DNA from: Sphaerodactylus townsendi
Lineage: Eukaryota
Length of the DNA: 64,000 bases
Direction: 5' to 3'
NCBI RefSeq assembly: GCF_021028975.2
Contig: NC_059431.1
Location: 84,444,001 to 84,508,000 of the forward strand
Part shown: positions 1 through 11,371 of the stretch, in pieces
How positions within the stretch are numbered: the first letter of the stretch is position 1
How the letters are laid out: every line of letters starts with the position of its first letter
Position numbers and translations under genes: made by a program
The notes under the pieces: model-generated
What the model saw: only the letters and a program-made list of their open reading frames with translations
What the model was told of the DNA's origin: nothing
Databases searched by the model: none

Positions 1-97
1 ATCAAAACCTTATCAGTCCACAATGCAGTTCTCATTGATGGGTAAATAATATGGTGGTACAGTTGACCATATGCTAATAGTATGTTCACATTATCAA

Positions 98-303
98 TAG
101 TGTTGCCCATTTTCAGAGGGGGCCTGGAGATTGCCTGCTATCTCCACAGACCACAAAGATCTGTTTCCCAGGAGAAAATGGCTGCTTTGGAGGGTGGCCT
201 CTATGCCATTGTACCCCACTAAGGTCCCTCCCCTCCACAAACCTTGTCTTCCCCAGGCTCCACCCTCAAAATTTCCATGTATTCCTCAGAGTTAGCAACC
301 CTA
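98..303. mobile_element. Degenerate hAT-like MITE (TIR ~TAGGGTTGC)
   Basis: Starts tagtgttgcc and ends gcaacccta. The TSD is not well preserved. Confidence 0.55.
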
Positions 304-844
304 GTTACCCATGGTGATTGTAACAGTAAAAAATGATCTGCAGGAGAAACTGTAGAGGGTAAACAGAGCAATTATATTCCCATCTACATAGAAATACAGT
401 TAATGTTAACATCTGCATTAGTAAATATGTTTCTAAGCAGATTAGCAGTAAAAGGCACAAGAAAGGCAAATGTGCTTGCAATAAACAAAGTATCGAGCAA
501 TGTACCTGTACTACATACAAGTAACTGTGCAATCCTAAGCGGAGTTATACCCACTTAAGTCAACTGAAGTCAAGAACTTAGACTGGGGCAGTTCAGGATT
601 GCAGTGTCAAATGCCACAGCTACACATAGCCTTCCACTGGGAACAGAATTTTGGAGATTAGTGATTCTATGAAGACATACTGGTAATCCTATTTTCCAGC
701 CAATAAATGCACATAATAGGGTACACAATCCATTAATGTCTAGTAATATAAAAATATCTCAAAATACTTTTTTACAAGTGAACCGTGTAAGAGTAAGCAA
801 TATGGACATACCTCCAATAAAATAAGTCATCCATGATTACGTAC

Positions 845-933
845 CGCTATAATTTGATCTCCAACATGGATTCTACCATCATGTTCAACTGCGCTGCCTT
901 TTGTAATACTCTTAACAAAAATGCCAGAAGGTT
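845..933 (-). CDS. MPDZ: MPDZ exon 10 (89 nt; PDZ3: [30 protein letters not shown])
   Basis: Acceptor aatcacag|AACCT and donor GCG|gtacgt. Translation is nearly identical to mammalian MPDZ PDZ3. Phase 1 in, phase 0 out, consistent with exon 9. Confidence 0.96.
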
Positions 934-1231
934 CTGTGATTTGGAATTAAAAATCAAGTAATGAATAGTACATTTGAGCCACTATATCAGCACCACCCTC
1001 CAAATGCCCTGTGGCTGTAAACCACTACTCAACAGTCTCTATCACCTGTGTGATAGATTCCCATCACAGCCTTTAACCTAAAGTACTATGTCAGTCAGTG
1101 CTGGTTCACTGAAGCCAACACAGGATTGTGCAAAAGAATGGATGGTTTGGCAATTTTCAAAAATCCCGAGTTGAGGGGAATAAAACAGGGTAAAGTATAA
1201 ATTGCCCCCATTATTAAGACTTTAGATGAAT

Positions 1232-1398
1232 GGTGGATTCCGCACAGGATGTTATATACTGGGTGCAGGATGTTATATAAACCATTTGGCGGTGGGAGGG
1301 ACTTGCACAGGAATGGGGACCTCTGCAAGTCCCTCCCACCGCCAAATGGTTTATATAACATCCTGCACCCATTACATTTGGCCAGTGCGGAATCCACC
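1232..1398. mobile_element. Palindromic PIF/Harbinger-like MITE
   Basis: TIR GGTGGATTCCGCAC / GTGCGGAATCCACC, plus an internal perfect 48-bp inverted repeat (1260-1307 / 1324-1371). Confidence 0.75.
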
Positions 1399-2048
1399 AT
1401 TCATCTAAAGAACATCTTAACAGCTATATACATGTTCTCTCTTTATCCTGCACCAACCAGTATTAACGATGGAATCACCATTCATCTAAGAATCTTAATA
1501 GAGAACAATATTATCTTTACAAACATGTCACCAGGCAAGGGAACTTCAACCATATGCTTCTTGGCTTATGTATTATGACAATGTGTGCATCCTTCAAAAT
1601 GTGTTAGTCTCACTCATCCATTACAGTTCTAATACTTTCTACATGCTACAAATACTATGAGTGAGGTTGCCCCAAGTACTCTAGTTACTAGCAGGTAATA
1701 TGAACATTCAAAAGAAGAAGAACCCTTTGTTTTTTTTACAAAGAAAATAAATAATGCATCAATCTGCACAACCATCAGTTAAAAAAACACAAAACTTTAA
1801 AAAAAATATTACTCCAATTTACAGTGCAATTCTAAACCCAGTTACACCACTAGTACACTGATTGCAATGAATTTAGAAGGGTAAATCTGCTTAGAATTGC
1901 TTTATTAGATCATCACTTGAAAAAATCACAGTGCAAACTTAAACAGATCTATATACTTCTATATACTTAGATAATCAGTCAATATGGAAAACTGGGAGAG
2001 AATAAGAAGGGTAAAATCACCTTTACATTTGCAAACTATTAATATTAC

Positions 2049-2166
2049 CTGAGATTTTTTCTCCAATGTAGCCAGCAATAGTTATTCCTAATCCTTGGAT
2101 GTTTTTTGTAAGCTCCACATCAAATGTGGTTCCATCTGTACCATTTGCAACTGTTGTCTCTTCTCT
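2049..2166 (-). CDS. MPDZ: MPDZ exon 9 (118 nt; start of PDZ3: REETTVANGTDGTTFDVELTKNIQGLGITIAGYIGEKIS)
   Basis: Acceptor tttttgtaag|AGA and donor TCAG|gtaat. Carries the GLGI carboxylate-binding loop. The acceptor is slightly ambiguous because of tandem AGs. Confidence 0.92.
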
Positions 2167-2544
2167 CTTACAAAAATATACACAAAAACTTTGTATTCTC
2201 TTGCAAGATTGACAACAGTAGCTACATATTTCATTCAAGCAGACAAACCATACAAGAATATTCCTAACCAGAATGCTACAAGGATTTTAGTTGGGCAGAT
2301 AGCATTCCTCCTACAAAACGAATGAAGCCCTGAACATGACACATCTTCAAAGTAGCTTCAAAATACTTTCTAACACAGCTACTCTAGAATTCACTGGAGT
2401 TTGGGTATTCTTTTCCTATCAGTTCCACAGAGATCACTGTCAAATAAATCACACAGAAAATCCACTCCCAATAAAACTGCCTTTCCATCCAGATATATAC
2501 AAATGTCTCACCCACCTACCCCAAACACTATACTACAGAGAGAA

Positions 2545-2676
2545 TCCTGACATGCCTCTAAAGATACCAGCCACAGATGTGAGCTAAATGCTAGGAGCAA
2601 AACCTACCAGACCATGGCCACACAGCCCAGAAAACCCACAAAAGCCAGCTGATTCTGGCCGTGGAACATTTGACAA
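2545..2676 (+). mobile_element. Penelope-like element terminal fragment with a decayed hammerhead motif
   Basis: cctctaaagataccagccacagatgtgagctaaatgctagga...ggccacacagcccagaaaacccaca resembles squamate PLE terminal repeats as I recall them. Confidence 0.65.
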
Positions 2677-3329
2677 AAGTGGTTTTCTTTTTTTTTAAAC
2701 AGAAGAATAGAAGCACAGTAACATTTTGCAGTACTTTTTATCCAACAAGAACACAACTGGGCCTGGGTTGTTGTTTTTCTGCTTTCTTTTTGCCTTTTTT
2801 GTTAAAAAAAAAGGTTCTCCACAATGGGATCACACCTGATCAAGGTCCAAGGCTGACCTTTCCTAATAAAACATAGCCACACACTATGCACTTCTGAACA
2901 TAATTTCAAAGACCATCCTGAGTATACAAATGTTCCAATATATTTAGCAAGTTTCCACATCAGAAACACAGATAAAGAAAATTTGTGATTTGAATCCAAC
3001 AGCCACCTCCCTTTAGTCCTTATTCCCTTAGTGATTATTGAATGGTGAACCATCATTTTGGTGCCTTACCTAGATACCTTACACATTAGTGACAGTATTA
3101 ATGAATGTTAGAGAAAAAGTAGCACAGGAGTGGGGCAGAGAGCTTGAACTAAACAGTAGATCCTGAAGACATGCAAAATCCTGGCAAACTAAAAGGTCAA
3201 GTAAAAATAAACCCGGGACCTAACACTAACAGAATACAATCAGAAGTTTGATTATTGCAACTATTTCATGAACATCAAATACCAGGTCGCCTTGGGAAAG
3301 CAACTGTAGCATCTTGTACTGTTTTAATG

Positions 3330-3443
3330 GTATTTATGATTTTATGTTATGGTTACCAGTTTTATTTGTAAGTTTTAACGTATTGTGTACACCGCCCACA
3401 GCCCTTCGAGGGTGGGTGGTATAACAAATTTAAATAAATAAAT
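3330..3443 (+). mobile_element. L2-type LINE 3' end
   Basis: Terminal stem-loop accgcccacagcccttcgagggtgggtggt followed by a (TAAA)n tail. Confidence 0.6.
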
Positions 3444-4552
3444 GAAAGATAAATTTAGGAAACAAATGCTTATTTGCAAGCTAGATTTTTCCAAAATAAG
3501 GCATTCAATATGTCTGTGAATACTGCCTGAAAACAACAGGAAGGACAAAAATGAAATTTTAAAGAATTATTAAAGCCACAGAAATAAAAAAAAAGAAATT
3601 ATTAAAGGCATTAGCAAAAGCACTGGACACTGATTCTTTCTTTACTATTACAATTCAACTGCACCTCATTCCACTGGATAAAATCAAATTAACTGGAGCA
3701 TCCTACCAAACAGCTGTCACATAAACTAACGAGGATACTGAGATTCTTGATAGAATTGATGAGGGTGAATATTTTCTTAATCCAATAAATGAAGGAATAT
3801 TCCACTCAATTGTATTTCTTTCTATGAATACACACACAGCCTACCCAAAATCCTCTTTCATTGTATATATTATTCGCCACATTTGCCCTTGGTATCTTTT
3901 CAGAATGTTAACAGAAGGAGCCGCTTGTGACTCAGGAGCAGGTAGAAGGCAAAAGGGCCTTGGTAAATAAGGGCACTTTTCAGGGAACAAAGGAAGATAG
4001 CCAGCACAGCAAAACAGAAATGAAGGGTACTGCGTCCAATGAAGGTAGCAGCTGGCTAGTTGGCACATGGCTAGCAGCAGCTGAAGTTGTGGCAGCTGAC
4101 CTAGGTGAAGAGCTGCAGCTGTGTACTGGCTGGCACTGAGAGCAGCCGCCTGATGGGTGTCAGAGATGCTGAGGTGAATGTGGGAAGCAGAAGAAGAAAG
4201 GCATATTGGAGAAACGGCTTTAATAATCCAGCTGGAGTGAAAGGGCTGCCACAGAGTAAGTGGGAGGTGTTGCAACACAATGATTGCTCAGCTGTTGTTA
4301 AAGCACCATTCAAGTAGCGTATGGAGGTTAGTGGGTTAGAAATTATTTGCATTTTTCTATGTCTGGCCCCCAAAGTCACTAGAGCAAAGATTTCCCTCTA
4401 CTACAAAGATTTTAAAATCATATGACTGTAAATTAGTCTCCTTTTACATGTTTCAGAACTATGCAGAAATAGGGCTACCCACGTAACAATGAATCACCAC
4501 TGGGTTTCGAGTTCCCAGTAGCATTTCCTTAAGTGGATCTTGCTTTTCTTAC

Positions 4553-4756
4553 CTGGTTATCTGGCATGCAAGTTTGTACTGGGGTGCCTGGAGGGACTGC
4601 TGGTGGTGCCGGCTCCTCTATTGGACCTCTGGCTATAACCAACTTCACTCTGTTCCCACACTGTCTCAAGACTTGGGCCACCTGCTCACTGCTCATTCCA
4701 GCCAGTTCGGTATCACCAATTTTCAAGATGTGGTCTCCACTGCATAGCCTACCATG
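4553..4756 (-). CDS. MPDZ: MPDZ exon 8 (204 nt; second half of PDZ2 plus Pro-rich linker)
   Basis: cccacccag|CATGGT...AACCAG|gtaag. Encodes [44 protein letters not shown], matching MPDZ PDZ2. Confidence 0.96.
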
Positions 4757-5292
4757 CTGGGTGGGAAAGAAGCCAACTGCTTAGCAAGTGACAAAAAAGT
4801 CAAAATAAAATACGTCAAATAATCACACTTGAATGCATTACTATTTCACAGTATGTTAATTGTGACAGCATGTTGTGCATGGTTTTGCTTCTGCCACTCT
4901 TGCTACTTTTACTAAAAACCATGATCCTAACCCTTTGTTGTGGAAACTGCCCAACCTGGTCATTTGCATGTGGGAATTCTATGTGTTGCAGCCAGGATGG
5001 GTGTGTAGCAATTCACAAACCCACAGAATGGCAGACCAAGCCCACTGTTATTTATAATATATGGATATGAGGCTGGTTTGCTAGGCATCTACAGATGGGA
5101 TACCTAGCAAACTAGCTCCTCTGCATAGGTTATGGATAACAAGAAGCAGGTATAACCTTTATGCATGGGCTATCTATGATCCACAGGAAGGAAGAAAAAT
5201 CCTCAGCACAAGGCAAATCATCTCACAATGGCAAGCAACAGAGCAATATGCAGATTAGGTCCTTCTGCTGGCAGTTTACAGGATCCAAGGTA

Positions 5293-6193
5293 CCGTATAT
5301 ACTCGTGTATAAGTCGACCCGTGTATAAGTCGAGGCACCTAATTTCACCACGAAAAACTGAGAAAACTTATTGACTCGTGTATAAGTCTAGGGTGGTAAC
5401 TCCAAATCAGGCAGGGGCAGGGAAGAGCCAGGGCACCTGCTCCCTACCAGATCACCCCACCACCACCACCTCCTGGATCTCCTCAGCAGCCCCAGCCCTT
5501 GGCTGCTCTGCCGTTTCCTTGCTTGCGAGCAAGGAAACGCCAGACAGAGCATTCACCTGCTTTTGGGGTTTCCTTGCTTGCAAGCACGGAAACCCCAAAA
5601 ACAGGTGACTGCTCTGTCTGGCGTTTCCTTGCTCGCAAGCAAGGAAACTCCAAAGCAGGCGGGGGCAGGGAAGAGCCAGGGTGCCCACTCCCCAGCGGAT
5701 CACTCCCTCCCCCCGCTGCCTCCTGGATCCCCACAGCAGCCTTGGTTTGAAAGCCGTTTCCTTGGGTGCACCAACAAGCGAAATGCCAGAGCGAGCAGAG
5801 GCAGGGAAAAGCTTCAGGGCTGCCCAGCGATGCTGGGTGCACGCGCAATAGGGCACCCAGCGAGCTCCTGCTTACCGCCCATACGCGGCTCACTCACTCG
5901 AAAGCCATGCTGGCAGGCTCACCAGGCACCGGTTTGGGGAAGCTGCCGCTCGAGGCGACCCGCATGCCATCTTTCTTAAAAGGGCAATGCTGCAAAGATT
6001 GCTTAAGTAGGCTGCCTGGAGCGGCAGCTTCCCTGAAACCGAGCCTGCAGAGCCTGTGGGGAAAGAAAAAGATGGCTGAGTGAGGGGGACAACAGGCGGC
6101 GGCGGCTGCCAGTGGCTCGAGCATAAGTCGAGGAGGGCTTTTTCAGCACAAAAAATGTGCTGAAAAATTCAACTTATCCGCAAGTATATACGG
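5293..6193. mobile_element. Non-autonomous Tc1/mariner-superfamily (Tc2/pogo-type) DNA transposon, 901 bp
   Basis: TA|CCGTATATACTCGTGTATAAG ... CTTATCCGCAAGTATATACGG|TA: TIRs with a TA TSD. The interior is GC/CpG-rich with no transposase ORF. Confidence 0.85.
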
Positions 6194-7766
6194 TACTCTT
6201 TTTCCTTTCTTATTCTTTTCCATACCACTGGGCAATCTGCATCAGCAGAAGGAACACTCTGGTCAATTACACAGAAGTCTTCTGCTGCACAATGGGGGAA
6301 AATGTGTGTCACTGCAAGATGCCTTGTTTGAACATATTTCCTCCAGACCCACTTTCAGTTTCTATTCTTCCCGCAGTAAGCGAGACCACTTCTAGCATGA
6401 ATTTAATTTTTGCTTTGCAGCCAGAGCAGGTACATTTGCTAATGAGCATGGCTTTGGCTCAGACCTCTTTCACCCACCCTTAGCCAGCCCACCTAATCGC
6501 ATCCCCTCATACTGCTTTGAATTCTCTAAATGCCAAATGCCAGGGGAAGTGGAGGAGGGAAGTTGTAAGCAGGCATCCCGCTCACCAACCCACACATGCA
6601 CACAGAGCTGGCCTGGTGTGCCTGTTGTGTGTAGAAATGGTGGCAGGTGAGAAAAGACACCAACTTAACGGGAGAGGAAGAGCCTGGCTGCTGGGACTGC
6701 TTGGGAAGAAATACATTTGGAAGTGGTGGCCAAAGACTTGTATGGATACACCAATATAGTGTTTTCACATAGGAAAAGAACAAGCAGGGAAAGAAAGGCA
6801 ACAAGCAGGTCTGTTTCTATTCCACCACACATCCCTGCTCTGCTTCTATCCTCCCCAATGAAAAAACAAGCCTCTCTTGCAGCAGCAGTGAGAGAGAGGG
6901 GGGGAGGAGAGGGGAGGGGGAAGAATATAAGCTCTAGTGTTGAGACTCTCACTTGTGATGAGATCTGTGCCTTTCAAGCTGTAGATGAGTGGAGTTAAGA
7001 GAACCAGAAGAACCAAAGACCCTTTGAAGATTCATCAAGCAACTATGCAGCAGGAATTGGGAGGCCACCTCAAGTGTAAACAGAGAAATGCGAGGAGAGC
7101 CCACTGCAAGCCCAGTGCACAGAGAACAGCCCCAAGGTAAGCGTTCCATGGGTAATGATTATTTGAGTGCATGGATGGGAAATATAACAATTTCCAATTG
7201 CGTTCATGCAACATTTATTTTAGTCACCAATTACATCTGTGAAATGCTACTAAATTGAGTCTGGCTGGGACTTTCACAAGTCTAAGTGTCCTCTCCAAGG
7301 AATTAACAGTCAATTGGGTTTTGAGTGGATGGATATCAACCATCATAAAGATAACTATTTTTCCATGTAACATGATACAACACCCTATTTCCCTCAAAAA
7401 GATTTTAAAAGGAAACATAATTCACTAATGTTTCCATCACTGATCAGTTATGAGGAACAGAAAATTGTTGTAGAAAATCTCCCCATTATGTAACATATTC
7501 TCTCATATAGTTTTTCTAATGAAAAAATTCCTTCTAAAACTGTACTGTTTCTTAAACTTAATTCAAAATAAACAGTCCAGTTGGGATAACTGAAAGGTAA
7601 ATATCGTTGAAGAAAATCACAGGCAAGCACATGCAACTCTTTAAAATCAGCATGTTTTCAGTGAGTTTTTTTTTCTTTCAAATTTAAAATATTTAAGGAT
7701 AGTGTTTATGTTAAAATATGGATTCCAATAAACTATATTTCCAAAAGAATTCTGTATTTATCTGAA

Positions 7767-8217
7767 GCCGGGTTTTATGGCTAAATATATGAGTAATTTA
7801 ATCAATCCACATCTCCGCAGATATTTTATGCTTGCTCGGCTAAATGTGTTACCGACTGCCCAAACAAGAGGCAGATATCATGGCATCCCACAGGAGAACA
7901 GGACTTGTTCCTGTGCAGCGGGCCTACCCGAAACAACTGAACACGTGCTCCTTCATTGCAAAGATTTGGCAGTCTATCGGTTGCTTTTTCTCGAGGCCAT
8001 CTTGAAGAAATTTTCAGTGAGATCAGACAAGGAAATAGTTTCACACCTGCTTAGTGACCATCATCCCCACACTACTGAATCAGTTGCCAGATTTTTAACA
8101 AAGGCACTTGGATCAAGAGTGAAACCTTTGTGTAAATTTTAGTCAATTGGTTTTAACATAATCTGTATTTTACCACTCTTTTTATGCCATTAAAGGTTTT
8201 GTATTTGTATTTGTATT
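7767..8217 (+). mobile_element. 5'-truncated LINE 3' end with a CCHC zinc-knuckle ORF2 C-terminus
   Basis: ORF 7777-8142 (RTCSC...TEHVLLHC), ATGCCATTAAAGG plus a (TTTGTA)n tail, and 14-bp TSD tgtatttatctgaa at 7753-7766 and 8218-8231. Confidence 0.85.
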
Positions 8218-8605
8218 TGTATTTATCTGAATATGTTATTTAAATCCCACGCATTGTTCTTCAGAGATTTTTTCCATAGTCAAATATTTCAATTCAACTA
8301 GTTTTGGCTACAATTTGGTTGTTTACTAAACCAAATAAGCATGCTAAATCAGATCCCAGTTGATTTAGATCCACAGATAATCTTTTGCAATGTGTCTGGT
8401 TAGTCATCAGAGTCAAAATGGTCTGGAAAACCCTATTTGATTTATTAATTTATATTCTGTTTTGTTTCCTCACAACTCAAAGAAGTACACATAGGCAGTC
8501 TCTACTGAGGCCATGAGATCTACTGAGTTTCAGCTTATGTCCCTTCAAGATTATGTCTCTTCAGACTATCCACTGACACAGTAAACAAGAACTGCTAGAA
8601 TGTAC

Positions 8606-8734
8606 CTGATCAGCTATTCCTCCTGGGAGGATAGTTTTAACTATCACTCCAGTTGATTTTCCACCAACTATCCCAAATCCCAGACCTGATCCATCATTCA
8701 CCAACTCAATGGTCTCTACATGCTGCCAGTGAAC
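8606..8734 (-). CDS. MPDZ: MPDZ exon 7 (129 nt; first half of PDZ2)
   Basis: tttcag|GTTCAC...GATCAG|gtacat. Encodes [43 protein letters not shown]. Confidence 0.97.
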
Positions 8735-10390
8735 CTGAAAAGACATGAATTAAACATAAGTTCATGAAATACTAAATATAACATTAAAGTTACACCATTT
8801 CTAGCAATGGAAACACAGACATTCATCAAGGCTCATTTCCACACACGAAGTACTAAATATTTTAGTGCTATGTGACCAGCTCCCTACATGTATCCATGAT
8901 CAATTAGTGTGTTAGGTTCCCCATTCCAAGTATATTCAATAACAGATCAAATAGTATCTAAGATCCTAACTATTTAGCATAGTATGAGGTCCAGGAATCA
9001 ACATGAACAGGCCAATTAAAAGAGGGGGCAGAAGCCGTGGACAACACCACAGCACTGTTTTCAGAGACAATCAGCGGCCTGGGAACCAGGGAGAAGGAGT
9101 AACTCCTTTCTCTCCTAGAAAAGTCCACAGAGGCTTATGATTTATGACACCCTTTCTGGTGGTGTAAATCTGTGAAATTGAAGGGTCCAAAACTCCTTTG
9201 GGAATGCCACCCTTCATGCCAGAATGGCATGCGGTGACACAGAAGCAACTGTGTGGAAGAAAACATTCAGGTTCCAGTGCCACAGAGCCATGAAGCACCC
9301 TGCTGCTGAGGTAAGTTCCTTTGTGAAACTTCCAATGCAGCTCTTTTGGATTGCAGCCTTATTCTTGTTGATAAGAATGATCCTTTCCCTCATCACCACC
9401 ACCACCACCACCACCACCCCACACACACACACAGGAATGGTGGATTAAAACCCTACTCCATTGCAAAGGAAAAGAAATCCATGACTAATTTCCAAAAATA
9501 CAAAGTGGGGGGGGGGGTTAAACTTTCCTCCCCAGTGCTGTATCTTCCAACTCAAAACAGATCCAAGACTGTTTCAGGTAAGGTGAAAGGAAGGCTTAAA
9601 TCCATTCTCTCCTTCCAATGTAATCTAGATCAGAATTGGGGCACTATGCCCCTAATAACTGTATTTTTATTCACATATACAAAAAGTTGGGATCTCTGAT
9701 CACAAATTCCCAGCAGGTCATCTAGTTTGCCATGAAACAGAGAAAGGCAGGGGTTGTCTGAAACGTTCTAAATAAGTGCACATTAGACCAATAGGTTGTG
9801 AACGACTCACCATGACCCTTTGCCTGACTGCATCCTAAATGCAGAGAACCTCAGCTGTGTAAAGGGTGCTAAAATCAATACATGGAAAGGCAGATGTTGG
9901 CAAAAAATCCAAAGCACTAGTCACATCTACTGGTAGGCACTGAAAATCTTATCCATGTCACAGCGGCCTTTCTTACCCATGTTGCAAAGTGAAGCATATG
10001 GAATGTCTCCATCACAGCATTTTGTCTTCTGCAAGGAGGAAATGATCCTACAAGAAGCCAGATCCTGAGAAGCCTATTCAACAAAAATATGGCCTCACAG
10101 GAAATCACCTCTACCAATGGCAGTCATGCTGCCTGCATTGTGGCCTTGAATAGTTCCCACAATCCTGGATCTGTGCTGAAAGACAAAACCAAGCGTGTGG
10201 GAAGTTTCGTCCGCAGATACAGCTTTACTCAACTGGCTGCTTAAACTGTGGGAAAAAGATATTGTGCAAAATTCTTCTCACTTGTGGGAGAAGAATCATT
10301 AATCTAAGGGTAGAACTTAAACTGCAACCACCCACAAGCTGAGAAAAAAAGAAGACATATTCATCTCCCTTGTGAGTCTGAAGTACTCAC

Positions 10391-10604
10391 CGGATTGGAG
10401 TGGGCTGAGATGGTGCTAGCAGCTGACGGAGACCGAGAGACAACAGGACTGATGAGCTGAGGCAAAGAGCCTCTGGCCACCACCAGCTGGACACTATCTT
10501 TTGCTTTCTGTAGGATGCTGATAGCCTGTTGATGTGTAATTGTTTGATCGAGGGCTTGTCTGTTTATAGCAAGAATTTGATCTGCTTCCTGCAGCCTTCC
10601 ATCT
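10391..10604 (-). CDS. MPDZ: MPDZ exon 6 (214 nt; second half of PDZ1 plus linker)
   Basis: taacag|AGATGGA...AATCCG|gtgagt. Encodes [71 protein letters not shown]. Confidence 0.97.
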
Positions 10605-11230
10605 CTGTTACAAGGTAGGTGAAAAAATAAAGAAATCAGCAATAAATGTTGCCACCAAAAATTACAACCATTTTTGACAAGTTTTTTTTCTAAAGTGGTT
10701 TCATTTAATCCTGTTTTTTTCCCCCATTTCTTCCAGCTATTTTTTTTTTTAATCTTTCCCAGCAGTTCTGCCGTGAGCATCTTGGCACCCTGGTGATCAG
10801 CTCCCTTTGAAGCTAATCCCACTGCCACTTTCTCCAGACTTCACCCCACAGCTAGCTCTTGCTCCCTGCAACCCTCATCTGAGACTAAGCATATTACATG
10901 TGGATGGCCCCCAGCTTTCTTCACATATAGCCTGGGAACTGTACTCTAAACTTTGAGCCTGCTGCTTAGCAGGCCAAACATTATGCTCTGTTCAGGATAG
11001 AAGTGCTGAATATTCATTGTTCCACAGTTTACTTGCAAGAACAATTTCATCAAGCCATAAGGAAGGGGGGGGGGTGTTTGTTAGTATTACTTATTACTCA
11101 TAAAGTACCTGTGCTACAAAGCCTTTTACAGATTTGTATCATTCTATGCAAAATCAAATCTTAAAGTCAAGCTGTGAGTCTAATCTGTGCTTCTTTTAAG
11201 AGAGAACTTAAATCTTCAGAATGTATCTAT

Positions 11231-11371
11231 GGCTCATTCCGCACACGCAAAATAATGCACTTTCAAACTGCTTTCAGTGCTCTTTGAAGCTGTGCGGAAT
11301 AGCAAAATTCACTTGCAAACAGTTGTGAAAGTGGTTTGAAAACGCATTATTTTGCGTGTGCGGAAGGGGCC
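11231..11371. mobile_element. 141-bp Harbinger-like MITE, copy 1
   Basis: TIR GGCTCATTCCGCAC / GTGCGGAAGGGGCC with 3-bp TSD TAT. Confidence 0.85.

Noticed and set aside
1095-1578. Two ORFs on opposite strands with near-identical peptides
   Set aside because: A direct consequence of the palindrome, not a gene pair.
5378-6124. Several overlapping ORFs inside the Tc2/pogo-type element
   Set aside because: They arise from GC-rich palindromic repeats and contain no DDE or HTH transposase motifs.
9346-9699. Poly-His ORF
   Set aside because: Translation of a (CAC)n/(AC)n microsatellite.
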